Source: the human T2T-CHM13v2.0 reference genome, Homo sapiens. Taken from it: DNA of 64,000 bases. A program made the position numbers and the translations under genes. This document shows positions 1-12,520 of the stretch, in pieces; the first letter of the stretch is position 1; each line of letters opens with the position of its first letter. The notes under the pieces are model-generated. The model saw nothing but the letters and a program-made list of their open reading frames with translations. It was not told the DNA's origin and ran no database searches. The DNA lies in NCBI RefSeq assembly GCF_009914755.1, contig NC_060932.1; one strand, 5' to 3'.

Positions 1-244
1 AATGCACAACAGCAGACAGGACACCTACAACAAAAGCGCAGTCCAAATAAAGGGTCGCTGCTGCAGTGGCTGTGCAGCCTCCGACACTGTGACCTCTGGG
101 GAGGAACGGTGCAGACCTGGCCTCGGCAGGCAGCTCCCTGATGAGGCCCCAGACGTGCTCCCCTGAGGGGCCAGGAGGGATGCTCTGGGCTCTGCCCTCC
201 CGTCCAGAATCCTCCATGACTTCCAGGCCACGTGTTGGGAGTCA

Positions 245-376
245 CCTTCTGAGCATTTCCCAGCCTGCACAGCCCACTTTCTGCAGGGTCGGAGGGTTGG
301 TTCAGGACTTCCTTCTCAGCATTTCCCAGCCTGCACAGTCCACTTTCTGCAGGGTCGGAGGGTTGGTTCAGGACTT
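245..376. repeat. Tandem duplication, 2 x 66 bp
   Basis: CCTTCTGAGCATTTCCCAGCC...GGTTCAGGACTT starts at 245 and again at 311. Confidence 0.9.
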
Positions 377-1645
377 TAAGCCAGATTGCAAACGCACCGA
401 AGGCGTCCAAACCAGCTCACCAAGCCTGTTCCTTGTGCAGTGACCACACCAGGGCTGCTTCCTGTTGCCTGAAGGCTAACGACACGTTTCTGCTTCTCTC
501 TTCTCTCTGCAGCCACTGTGGCTTCTCTGGGCCCATCGGGGCTGTAGTTGTGTCAGCCCTGCTGGAAACAGGCTGGATCTGGCCACACTCATTCTGTGAA
601 ACACCCGGTGGGGTTCTGCAACCAACAGCCTCGTCCCCGGCATCCTGCATTCCTAGCTGCTTCCCAGAGCTGCCACCCTGGGACCTCAGTGGCCTGAGTG
701 GGTAAAAGCCACAGCTGTGCCTGATTCTGCGGCTCCTGGGCTACACGTTCCTCTAGCCCCATGTGTCTCCTCTCATGCTGCCCAGCATTCCATCCTCACC
801 ACGTGCTTGGGGTTTTGCTAGGGCAGCTCGCCACTCCTGGGGTGGATTTCTGTATCCCTGCAGAGCCGGCTCGCCTACAATCAGAGCCCCACATGCCTGT
901 TGTGGCTGTTTCTCCCGTGGAGTCGTCCAGGGCCCAGCTCCTGCTGTCTGGCTCTGCTCATGGCCACTGCAGATGCTGAATTCAAAAGAAGAGGGCAGGG
1001 AAGCTGTGTGGGGTGCTCAGCTGTGAGGATGACCTCACAGGGCCACAGAACCTAGTGGGGTAGGGCAACACAGCCCCACCGTGTGCCTGGGAGCAGGAGG
1101 AAAGCTGGGGGGCATCTGGCAGTTCCTACCACAGAAGCCACGGCTGCTCAGTTGGGGAGTGGAGCAGCCGGGAGTCAAACAGTGCTTGCCTGACGTCCAG
1201 ACCCCGCTGTAGTCACCAGCCGTGCGAGAGCACAGCAGCCAGGGTCCTGCTCTCAACATGTAGCCTGCTCTGGCCACTGCAGGCAGCCGAACAAAATGCA
1301 GGGGCCAGGCTTTCTGCTGAGGACTTTGATTCAACAGATGCACCTTTAACAAGCCACTAAGTTCTGTGGACTGCTTTGCAGGGGCAGGATTTGGTGAGGA
1401 AGCAAAATAATGACTTTACACAGAAGCCTGTTCTCTAGGAGGTCCTGAGTCATTTACATCGGTGACCTGGGGCAGCAGTCAGGCTGCGGGAGCACAACCC
1501 AGGCAAAGCACCTGCTGAGGAAGGGCCCAGCATCCTGCAGAAGCTCCTACCACGTGTGGGGCGCCTGGCCCTTGCCTTGGCGTTTCTTATCTTTTACTTA
1601 CATCTGTGATTTCAGAGCCTCCCAGTGTCCTAAGACCTTGCTTAC

Positions 1646-2538
1646 AGGGCTTTGGGCTAGTTCCAACATTCCTGGGGCTCGATGGGAAGCTCAGCACCAG
1701 ACAGCCACGCTTGGGCACGTTCAGACCCTCAGCCAGCACGGGCCATGTTCTTCGGAGAGGAGGCCTGCTTGAGATACAGCTTCCGTTACAGTGCGGTGGG
1801 CAGGTGGGCCGGTCGTGCCTGAAAGGAGGGCAGTTGATGAAATGCACCTGGGAAGGTTCGTGGGTTCAAAACTGTCTTGTCAGGAGGGAACTGAGTGTGG
1901 GTCAGAACAAGGCCACGGAGGTGGCGTCCACTGAGCTGTGATCGTGTACGAGGGCAGGATCTCGCTTAAATACAGTGAAACTGTCTTGCGATGGAAACTC
2001 CCTTTGCAAACAGCTCATGATTCTGCTTGTGGATAATTTAAGTTGCTGTTGTGTCTCCTGCCTTATGATAGCTAATTGCAATCACTCCTCCCACAGGAGG
2101 TGTGTCTAACCCACCTGAACGTGGTTATCCCTGAAGCCATTCCACCCTTTCGTTGCGTCAGCATTGACCCAGAAGACTCATTTTGACCCCGGCCTGTCGT
2201 CATCGAGAGCAAGGCCACGGCAGTCACCCGCTGCCCTTGTGCGCAATCGCTGCTCAGTGGACGCTGCCTCCGTGGCCTTGTTCTGACCCACACTTGGTTC
2301 CCTCCTGACAAGACAGTTTTGAACCCATAAACGCCTATCTTTCCAGGTACATTTCACAACTGCCCCCCTACCAGTCACCACCGCCCCACCTGCCCACAAC
2401 ACTGCAACGGAAGCCGTCTCTCAAGCAGGCCTCACTGAAGACCACGGTCCATGCTGCTGAGGTCATGAATGTCCCCAGCGTGGCCACCTGGCACTGGCTT
2501 TTCCCCATCTGGGGAAGCTGGAAATGCCCAAAGCCCGG
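1646..2538. repeat. Long inverted repeat (arms about 310 bp, spacer about 270 bp)
   Basis: 1861-1936 is the reverse complement of 2252-2327 at 72/76 positions, and similarity extends outward. ORFs 1606+ and 2178- share the peptide WVQNCLVRRE.SVGQNKATE. Confidence 0.9.
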
Positions 2539-2890
2539 GTCTTGGATTCTGCTTTTTCTACTCAGATAAAGACACTTGGATCTGGGTCTGAAGTGCAGGC
2601 TGTGTTCCCACTCATCCCATCACTGAGGTCCTTGTGACCCCAGGGTCAGCTGTGTTCCCACTCATCCCATCGCAGAGCATCTGTGACCCCAGGTCATGCT
2701 GCTTATTCTTCCCAGGCTGCATATCAAGGTATACATATCAATGTATACCATCAGGATGAAATATCTTCCTAGAAGAAGTGATAGAGAAATAAATGAGGAG
2801 ATGATTTGAAAAGCACTTTGAACTAAGAATTCTGAGCCTCTGGGCTGTCACTCTGGGCAAACCACAAAATATCAAAGAGCCGGTCTGTCA

Positions 2891-3246
2891 TCAGCCACCA
2901 ATCCAGTTAGCAGACACGACCGAGAACCCTGGATTCAGAAGCAGCCGCCAACCCAGTTAGCAGACACGACCAAGCACCCTGGATTCAGAGGCAGCCACCA
3001 ATCCAGTTAGCAGACACGACCAAGCACCCTGGATTCACAGGCAGCCACCAATCCAGTTAGCAGACACGACCAAGCACCCTGGATTCACAGCCAGCCACGA
3101 ATCCAGTTAGCAGACACAACCAAGCACCCTGGATTCAGAGGCAGCCACCAATCCAGTTAGCACACATGACCGAGCACCCTGGATTCACAGGCAGCCACGA
3201 ATCCAGTGAGCAGACACACCAAGCACCCTGGATTCAGAGGCAGCCG
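2891..3246. repeat. Minisatellite, 50-bp unit, about 7 copies
   Basis: GCAGCCACCAATCCAGTTAGCAGACACGACCAAGCACCCTGGATTCACAG repeated. Confidence 0.95.
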
Positions 3247-5655
3247 GTTTTTCAGAACCAGCTCTGTTGTTCACTAGCCTCCTGGCCTTAATTAAGTTTC
3301 TTATTTCCTGAGCTTGTGTTTCCAGGTAAGATTCTCAAGAGACAAAGAAGAATAATGCTCCCTAAAAGCTGCCGCACACATGCCCTGTGTGTGCCCGTGA
3401 CATGTCCCAAGCCCTGATGGGGAGTGGCTCATTTTGTACCACACAGCTGTCATCCCCACTTCACAGAGGAAGAAACTCAGGGGGCTGAAATACTTGCCTG
3501 AGACATGGAAGCAGTCAGTGGCAGAACTGGGAGATAACCGAGAAACTGAGTGGAATGCCGCCTAATCAAAGGACCCCTATGGAGAAGGTCCTCATGAAAA
3601 GGCAGCAGATGCTCCTTTTTTATAGCAAAAATGTTAATTCTTTCTATTTTGGCTGAACTTTTCACATCCCAATTCCTCTCTGGAGCTGCTGACACACAAG
3701 CCCCAGGTGGCAGGGCGAGCTCTCTCCGCCTGCTTATGTTTTTTTCTTGCTTGTGACCCAGAAAAATTGCCAAAGTCAAGGAACATTCTGTAATGAGATT
3801 TTACTATGAAAGAGGAGATTTACTCCCATGAGTCTCAGATGGCACAACTTGTTTGTCAGCTAAGACCGCTGCTTTCCAGTCCTAATTCTGTTCTGGTAGA
3901 TGTTTTAAGTATTTCATTTTTGTTTTGTTTCTAGTGAGAATGTAATGTGATATGAGGCTAACCTCAAGCTGCAGATGTAGAGAATCACCTGGAATTATCA
4001 CAGGGTGTTGCCCTGCGAGGATCTGGGCACGCCAGGTGATGAGTGGCATGTGCACGACAATGTACGGATGGAAAGAGTCCACGTAGGTTATAAGATTCCT
4101 GAGTCCATGTCATCGGTGTTGGTTCCTTGGGGATGGACCTGGAATACTTTTCCACGTTGGGTGCAGCTGGGACTGAAGATCTTCCAATTTGATTTCGACA
4201 AGAGCCAATAAAAGCTGGAAACACCAGACAATTGAAAATATTAGAAATTGTTAATTTTCTTAAAAATCTCAACTTTGTTTCAATTAAGACTTCAAAACCA
4301 CTGCTTCCAGAGTCAGTGAGTTTTGAGGGAGATATGGAATGCAACAAAACACTCCAGGATAGTTCAGCTCACTTTTCTGCCTCACGTGGGATTCGCCCTG
4401 ATGCTTCGCCCGCCCCTATTTATTAGGAGAATACTTGAGTCAGCCCCTCTCAGAGCCACTCCCAGCTTCTCACTTCTGGAGGTGGTTACTTACCCTGGAC
4501 AGGTGGAGGCAGAGGACTTGGCGTTTAATCTATAATTTTACATAGAAACAGAGACACTGGTGGAAAACGATGGGTCATTTGCTGGAGTCTGACCACGAGT
4601 TGGTTTTACAAATTTCCTTAATTCTAGTGGAGGAAAGTGGTACAAATCTGTGTGTAATTAATAATGCCACAGCAAACAATCTTCATACTTTAAAAAGAAA
4701 TCAGCCATTTAGGAGGCCACTTAGTGGCCAAATATAAGCAGTGTTTACAGGGCCTCATTTTCAAAATTAAAAATTAAAAGAGAAAAAGAAATCCCCAAGT
4801 CCCCTTAAGTAGAAATCTTGAGGAAATTTATGCAAAGTTATGTTGACAGCTTTAACCCTGGCTGGCTTTAATTAGCTTGGTAAAGGTTAATAGCCTGTAT
4901 CGTAATGTATTTCCTCAAAGGTGTCTCTCATTCCACATCGAAAGACCTTTTCACACAGATTATTCAAATTATAGCTTAATATTTCTTGATTAATTGTACT
5001 GGGAGGAGGTAGTGTGTCTGAGCGTGATCTAATCAGTGGAGAACGCAGCGGCCGTCACGCCTGGGTACGCTGGCAGCGGAGCTCCTCCCGGAGGACCCCT
5101 CCCCCTCCCCGCCGATTCCTCTCCTGTCTGCGTTTTCCAGGCTCATCTCAGATGCCGCCTTGTCTATGAAGCTCTCTTTGGTTCCTGCCCAGACCTCATC
5201 AGAATCAACGCCCCGGCTCTGTGCTGGCCAAAACCCCACGGTGCCTCTGGCCGTATGCAGTCCTTTCTTCTGACCCCATCTCGTCCTCCAGTCTCCACTG
5301 GTCTCAGGTCAATAGCTTTTTCCGAGGAGGCATCTATTAAATTGTTAAAGAATAGATTCGCAGCTGCCACCTGCTCAGAACAGTGGGAGACCATGTATCA
5401 AAATGGCCTGCCAGGCGGCCTGTGCCCTTGCAGGTTCCTGACTCAAGGAGATCTTAGGGAAGGCCCAGAGATGATTTCACTTTGGGTGAGCACATGCAAA
5501 AAGGGGCGTGTGCAGATTCTTCACAAGCTCTGCTTGGACACTGGCCCACCATCCCAGCACTTAACGCGACTGGCCCAGGTGGCAGAGGCACTGGTGTCCA
5601 TCAGGGCCCACAGGTCGGGAATGCACACTGCTAACTGCAATTTGCTTTGCTCTAA

Positions 5656-5988
<333 letters not shown>

Positions 5989-7523
5989 GAAATTTTTTTT
6001 TTTAAGTTACAGAAACCACAGTTGAGAATTTCACAGTAATCAACCCACTGGCACGTCTGTTATGAGGTCTTCATCATCCCACAAACGCGTTGTTCCGCCT
6101 TGATCTTGTGAGGCGCTGGCCCTCTTCTTGTGGAGTTCTCACCGGCTCAGAGGGTCAGTGTGAGTGAGCCGATGTGTGCCGCACACCCAGGATGTCTACA
6201 GGACTGGGGGCTGGAAAATTGAGTGACATCTCTTGCCCTGGCACCTGTGGCAGGTAGTTCTGGGTAACCAACAGGAATCCCTCAGGCTGTGGGGCTGGAC
6301 GGGAGACTGCAGCCTCCTGACTGAGTGTGCAGGTGGGAGACGCCGCCGAGTCACTTGTTGGAACGTGGCCCGAAACAAACTGCGGGTTTTGCTGGGCCCT
6401 CCCTGTTGCTACTGGAAGAATCCTGTCACATGGATAAGCACCCCGCCCCTCACGGCCCCAGGACATCGGGTGCCCTTCAAGGTCCAGGGGAAGGCGCCCT
6501 GCCTGGCGCAGCCTGGAGTCTCCCGTCCACAGCCGGGGACTGCTTCACACCTGGTGCCCACATTCTGCCTCTCGTTAAACATTGCATGCGATTCCTGCGA
6601 GTTCTCTGGCATGAGACGATGACCTAGTAATGGGGTCGCAGCAGGGACGGGAAGCTGGCCAGGCGCAGGCTGTGCTCGCAGGGACGGGAAGCTGGCCAGG
6701 CGCAGGCTGCGGTGTGGCACAGGGGGACCAACCAGAGGGAAAGGCTGACCCCCTGGGTGCCTCAGAGTCTGGCACATTCCAGCCTCTCCATGGCCCGGCT
6801 CTCATGGGATGCTCCATCCAGGGGGCATTTTGCAGACTGGGGATAGGACTGTCACGGTGATGGGGGGCACTGATGGTCACCCCCGTGCAGGGCCCTGGGC
6901 CGAAGCCCCGCCCCTCCTGCCCCTGCCGGCTGGGCCCTGGCAGCTCCCCCTACCCCCTCACCTTTGAAGAAAACCACATTCCCGCCAAGTCTGCCTTCCT
7001 CAAAGGATGGACTTGGTGTCCATGTCTGTGTCTCGGGACTCTGAGCGATGGGACAGCATCTGGAATGTCACTGAGCCATCCGCGATTTCGGGAGCTTGTG
7101 GGATGTGGCGTCAGGCATGGGGCGGCTCCTCAGGGCTTCTGGAAGGTTGTAGGCGCAACTTCCTTTTGTCTCTCCTTTTTATTGTAGTGAGGAAGCAGGA
7201 TTCAGATTTGAAAATGATGTTTATAAGTAGATGCTAAACTCAAATGATAAGATGTGTGACCGAAAAAGGAGGCACGGACTGAGCGCCTGGAGAAACACCC
7301 GGAATCGTGCTCCCAGCAGGATGCAGCCCCCTGAGCACCAGCACGGTGGGCCTGACGGGGCGGGGGCGGCTCTGCAGGAGCAGGAGTCCTGTGGGCTTGG
7401 TGGGGGCGCACACTGGGCTTTCTCCAGCTGATCTTACATTTTAAGTAGAGACACAAATCGGGGAAGGTGTCTGCTATCTTAAGTCTTGGCCGCATGGGGC
7501 CACTGCTACAGGGATCACTGTGT

Positions 7524-7628
7524 GGCCTCCTGGCCCCGTCCTAAGGCAAGTGCCTGGCCTCCTGGCCCCATCCTAAGGCAAGCGCCTGGCCTCCTGGCCC
7601 CGTCCTAAGGCGAGTGCCTGGCCTCCTG
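7524..7628. repeat. Short tandem repeat, about 32-bp unit x3
   Basis: TGGCCTCCTGGCCCCGTCCTAAGGCAAGTGCC. Confidence 0.85.
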
Positions 7629-8279
7629 CTCTTCGGGCTTCAGGGCTCCTGCAGAGGGTGGCTCCTTCTTCCTTTCCATATGCTGTGGTCATCGTCTCTT
7701 TGTAAGTTCAGTCTCTCACTGGGGCCCACAGGTGGTGGTTTCTTGCTTGTGACGCTGAAAAATTGTCAAAGTCAAGCAAGCTAAGAGCGGGGCTTGCTTT
7801 TATTCTATGCTGTCCTCAAGGTCAAGCACAGAGAATTCCAGGGTGGGTGTATCCTGTGCATTGTGGAAATGCTCAGAGCCCCTGGGCCCCGGGGGGAAGA
7901 TCCACAGGGGAGAGGTGAGCCCTGTTGTCACCTTTGTTGGATGTCCAGCACCGTACCTCTCTCGGGGGAGGGGGATTGGGGTGGGGCCGCGCCGGCTGCT
8001 GTGAGCCCTTCCTGCAGGAAGGTGGGCTCAGATCATGAAGCACTGCCTCCAGGAGGCAGGAGCTGGAAGACGGGGCTCCAAGGCCCTGTGGCCCCTGGCT
8101 GAGCAGTGTGACCATGAGCGCAGGCACCATCCATCCAAGTGGAGACAGAGCAGCCGCACAGGGCGGACGGCGTATCAGAGCAGGTGAGCTGACAGCTGGG
8201 CTCCAGCAAGAGCTTTCCAGGAATCGCTGTCAGGGCTGGGAGGAGCAGTGGCCCCAGGTTGGGAGGAGACGTGACAGGA

Positions 8280-8650
8280 CCGGGCCTGGGGAAGCGTGTG
8301 CTGGCGTCAGGGAGAAGACGGCAGCCGCGACATCTGGCACCTGGGGCTGCAGAGCCTGAGCACCCCGGACCGCGCCCGGCGAGGGCGGCCTCCCTGCGCT
8401 GAGCGCGACCTGCGTGTCCTGCTCTCGGCTTTCGTGCCGGTTCAGAAGAACAAGGCCGGAAGGTTGCGGTCTCAGCGCTCGCTCCATGCCGGGAGCGCGC
8501 AGAGCTGAGGGCGCTTGCGTGTCCGGCACAGCGTGGAGCCCGCGTTCCTCTCTGCACTCAGGAGCTGCGTCCCGTTCCGTGCTGGCGATGAGGACGCCGG
8601 CCTCCGCCAGGCCGAGTCAGCACTCTGTCCCCGGGGTCTGACTCCGTGGC
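8280..8650. promoter_or_regulatory. Small CpG-rich island
   Basis: Dense CpG in non-repetitive GC-rich sequence (e.g. CCGCGCCCGGCGAGGGCGG, GAGCGCGACC). Confidence 0.5.
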
Positions 8651-11119
8651 CCCTGTCCTCGCTGGGTCTCCCCGTTCCAACTTTAGTGACACGGTCTCAG
8701 GAGAGGATGCAGGCAGAACGGGCTTTCCTTTTTCCTGCCCTGGGGGCTGACATCTGCCTCACGGATGCCACCCACTGAAAGGGCAGCCCTTGTCGCCTTA
8801 ACTCGTTTTCCATCTCAGTTACCGTCCTCGGCAGGGCACTGTCACATCCTAACGTGAGGACGAAATGGGCTTGACCTCCCAGCAGCAGCCGCCCCGGTGG
8901 CTGCAGGTACCCCCGAGGCCGGCCCCAGACACTGAAAGGGAAGCAGCCAGCCTGACCAGGGAGGAACCGGTGTCAACGCGCTCAGATTCCAGAGCCGGCA
9001 CCGTGCCGTAGGGCAGGAGAGAAGGAGGACATGAGGCGCAGGACGCAAGTTCAGGCCACCCTGACCCTGAAGAGGGTGCAGCCACCCCGCAGCGCACGCT
9101 GATAAAAGGGTCTCTTCTGTTGTGGGCTCCGAGGCCTGCAGAGCCGAGACCTGACCTGATAAAGCCAGAGCAAGGGGCTGCAGCCACCGCAGGAGGCTTC
9201 AACGATTCATGGTGAAAGGTCCGACTGAGAGCCCTGGAGTGTGTTATCCCAGGAGAGCTCCTTGAGTGTGACTGAGAAATAGATCTGGGGTCCTGTCACC
9301 AAGGCGGTGTATAAACAGTTTACAAATGACAGCAGATACGAATCACCGAAGCCAGGCAGAACACCCCTCGTTCGTCCACGATAGAGCTCTAGTCTTGCAC
9401 GGGTTCAGTGGTTTAAGGAAGATGCGTTGTTGGGGAGCCACAGTCCCTGGCTTATCACACATCTTGCCATGGCTTGATTCAGGCCAACATTGATACTGCA
9501 TTTCAGTTAAGTTGAATTAGACACTGCAAGTCAATGTCAGTTGTTTTGGGCTTCAGTTCACATCTGGTTCAGCTCAAGTTGTTAGTCCAGGGTTGGGAAG
9601 AGAAGTGGCGCTGGGCTTAGGCGTCCTCATCTCCCGAACCTGCCTGACACTGTGACACTGGGTTGGGTGGGAGTGGGAAAAGAGGGGAAGGGATTCTGAA
9701 AATACTAATTCTAATTTTGCAATCTATCTTTACAAATATCATCCCAGGGCTCCTTGGAGAAGCAGCTGATCCCAGCTCCGGGGCACAGAAAGTTTCCGGT
9801 AAGCCTGGGGCTTCAGGGCCTTCAGAGCAAGAAAGTGCCCTTGGCAATGGGGCAGGTGGAGAAAATGCAGGAGCCAGCCCGGAGAGGCTCCCACTGCCCA
9901 AAGAAGAACCTGGGAGTCCACGAAGTGGGAAGGGGGATTAGGGAGAGAGACGGAGAGCTGGGGGCAGGGGAAACAGGTAAGCCAGAGAGAGAGCTGGTGG
10001 GCAGGGACAGGAGAGGCAGAGAGTGAGGGAGACGGGCAGGGTGGGGGAGAAGACTGAGGGGAGAGAGAGGCTGAGACGGAGTGGGAGGGGGGAGAAGACT
10101 GAGGGGAGAGAGAGGCTGAGACGGAGCGGGAGGGGAGGGCATCTGGTTTCCCTTCGGCAGCCACTCTGACATCATTGTCAACTCTACTCGGAAATCGGTG
10201 AGGAAAGGGATTGACTTCAGCAGTTCCCCCTTGCTTAAGAGAAAGTGTGTTTCATTTCCTCTTGATGAGAAAAAAGCCTTTTTCACAGAATGCTTGGTAA
10301 TAAATGTGGCAGGAATGGTGAAATTAGAAGATCAACTATTTTGCAACCCGAATGAAGGCACTGATTTGGGAAAAGGCCGTTGGCAGTTGCTGAGGCATCC
10401 AGGGACCTGGAGGCAGAGCGTTTGCGGGCGCTGGGGCATCTCTGCATAGGTTTACCACCGACGGCTCTGCACTCACCTCTTCAGACAAGCGATTGCCCTG
10501 GTGCTCCATGCCACCCCATCGACGCCTTCCCTGAACTCACCCTGCACCCACGTGCCCTCTGAATCCGACGCCTGAAGACCTTACTTCCGGTGGCAGGAAA
10601 TGCAGCCAGCAGGAGGAAAGGTTACGTGATGGAGGGAGAAGCTGTTCTACAAGAGCAAGACTGGGGCCTGGCCCCGTCAGAGTCACCACCTTTAGGGAAG
10701 CAGTGGACAGAGATAAATGAGACAACACAGGCTCGCAAACAAATGCAGAGCCCGACCGTTGTTGGCTGCTGGTTGGAAAGATGTGCTGGGGACAGTGGGG
10801 AAATCTAGATAGGAACGGAGTGGAGTTGATATCACATAAAGTGACCACGAGCTTGCCTGGGATGGTTCTGGCTCACACCTGCTGTTTCCGCATAATTATT
10901 AATCCCACCTCATTCACTTTCCAAAGTGTCCTGTTCTGCTGATAATTCCTATGGTCATTCAAAAGCTGGGGAATTGGTGTAGTTGTCTTAGGCATGAATA
11001 ATGGTGTTGAGCTTACAGGGTGTCTTCATTCCTAGGAGATGCCTCAGGCTCAGAGAATTTAAGCTACTTGGAGAGACCAGGGGCACACAGCTCATCTGAT
11101 GTAGAACTGGTTTATAAAA

Positions 11120-12520
11120 ACTGTGATAAACAAAACAACCCAAAAGTAGGCACGGGACCGGAATGGAAATTCTCCTAAGAAGATAGACAAAGGTCAACAC
11201 GCACGCAAAAAGATGTCCGGCACCACTAATCAGCAAGGAAATGCAAATCAAAACCACGAGGTGCTGCTTCATAACCATCAGGATGATTATCATATATTTT
11301 TACAAACGAGAAATAAGTGCTGGAGAGGATGAGGAGGAATGAGCACACTCATGTGCTGTTGCTGGGAATGAAAAACGGTACAGCCATTGTGGAAGACGGG
11401 GTAGAAATTCCTCAGAAAATGAAACCCAGATTTAATTACCGTATGATCCAGCCCTTCCACTTCTGGGCATAAACCCCCAAATTGAAAGCTGGAACTCAAC
11501 AGGTGCTTGTACACCCATGTACAGAGTAACATTATTCTAACAGCCAAAAGGTGAAAACAGCACCATGTCCATCTACAGATCAATGGACAAACACAGTGCC
11601 ATGTGCTAACACGAACTAAATGTGGCCTGAGAAGAATGCCAGGACGTCTATGTTTGAGTCCTTGTGGACGAACTATAACCTACCTTAATAGCAGACAGGA
11701 CTGAAAACCTAATTCAGGAGTCTGCGCCTGTAATAGTGGCCGAGTCTTGACCAATCCCAGCAGCCATACGTCAACCATGCATAGACTGCCGAGTGTTCAA
11801 ACTGTTCCAATAAGGCAAATGCCAACCTGGAACCAATCCAGCTGTTCTGTACCTCACTGCCGAGTTTTATATATCACTTCCCCTTTTTTTTGTCTATATA
11901 TTTGTTCTGACCACGAGGAATCCCTGGAGTCTCTCTGAATCTGCTGTGATTCTGGCGCTGCCCGATTCATGAATCATTCATTGCTCAATTAAACTCCTTT
12001 AAATTTAATTCAGTTGAAGTGTTTCTTTTAACAAATGGAATATGATCCAGCCTTAAAAAAGAAGTGAGTCTGGACACAGGCTATAACACGAGGAACCCTG
12101 AGGATGTTATGCTGGGTGAAATGAGCCGGTCACAGAAGGACGAATCCCGCAGGGTGGCACTGAGGAGAGGTCTCCGGAGGGGTTGGAGCCACAGAGACAG
12201 AAAGTAGGATGGTTGGTGGCTGCCACATGCGCGCAGGGGAATCTGGACACAGGCTATAACACGAGAAACCCTGAGGATGTTATGCTGGGTGAAATGAGCT
12301 GGTCACAGAAGGACAAATCCCGCAGGGTGGCACTGAGCAGAGGTCCCTGGAGAAGTCGGAGCCACAGAGACAGAAAGTAGGATGGCTGGTGGCTGCCAGG
12401 TGCAGGGAGGGGTTGCGGAGTTCCTGTCTGATGGGGACAGAGTTTAGGTTTGGGAACTCTACATTTTAAAATGTAAATTTTACAGTATGTGTATCACAAT
12501 ACAAATGTATTTTTTAAAGT
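11120..12520 (+). mobile_element. Old L1 (L1MB-like) 3' fragment, interrupted by an LTR and with an internal duplication of about 174 bp
   Basis: GAAATGCAAATCAAAACCAC, TACAGCCATTGTGGAA and ACCGTATGATCCAGC L1 ORF2/3'UTR motifs; 12068-12227 is repeated at 12241-12400. Confidence 0.8.
11604..12033 (+). mobile_element. Solo ERV1 LTR, MER57 family
   Basis: TG...CA ends, GAACTAAATGTGGCCTGAGAAG start, TTGCTCAATTAAACTCCTTTAAATTTAATT...TTTTAACA end; near-TSD CATG/AATG. Confidence 0.85.

Noticed and set aside
2891-3246. CRISPR-like appearance of the tandem arrays
   Set aside because: No unique spacers, no cas genes, and eukaryotic context; these are minisatellites.
3985-4347. 120-aa minus-strand ORF as a protein-coding gene
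   Set aside because: Non-ATG start, no recognisable family and no convincing exon boundaries.
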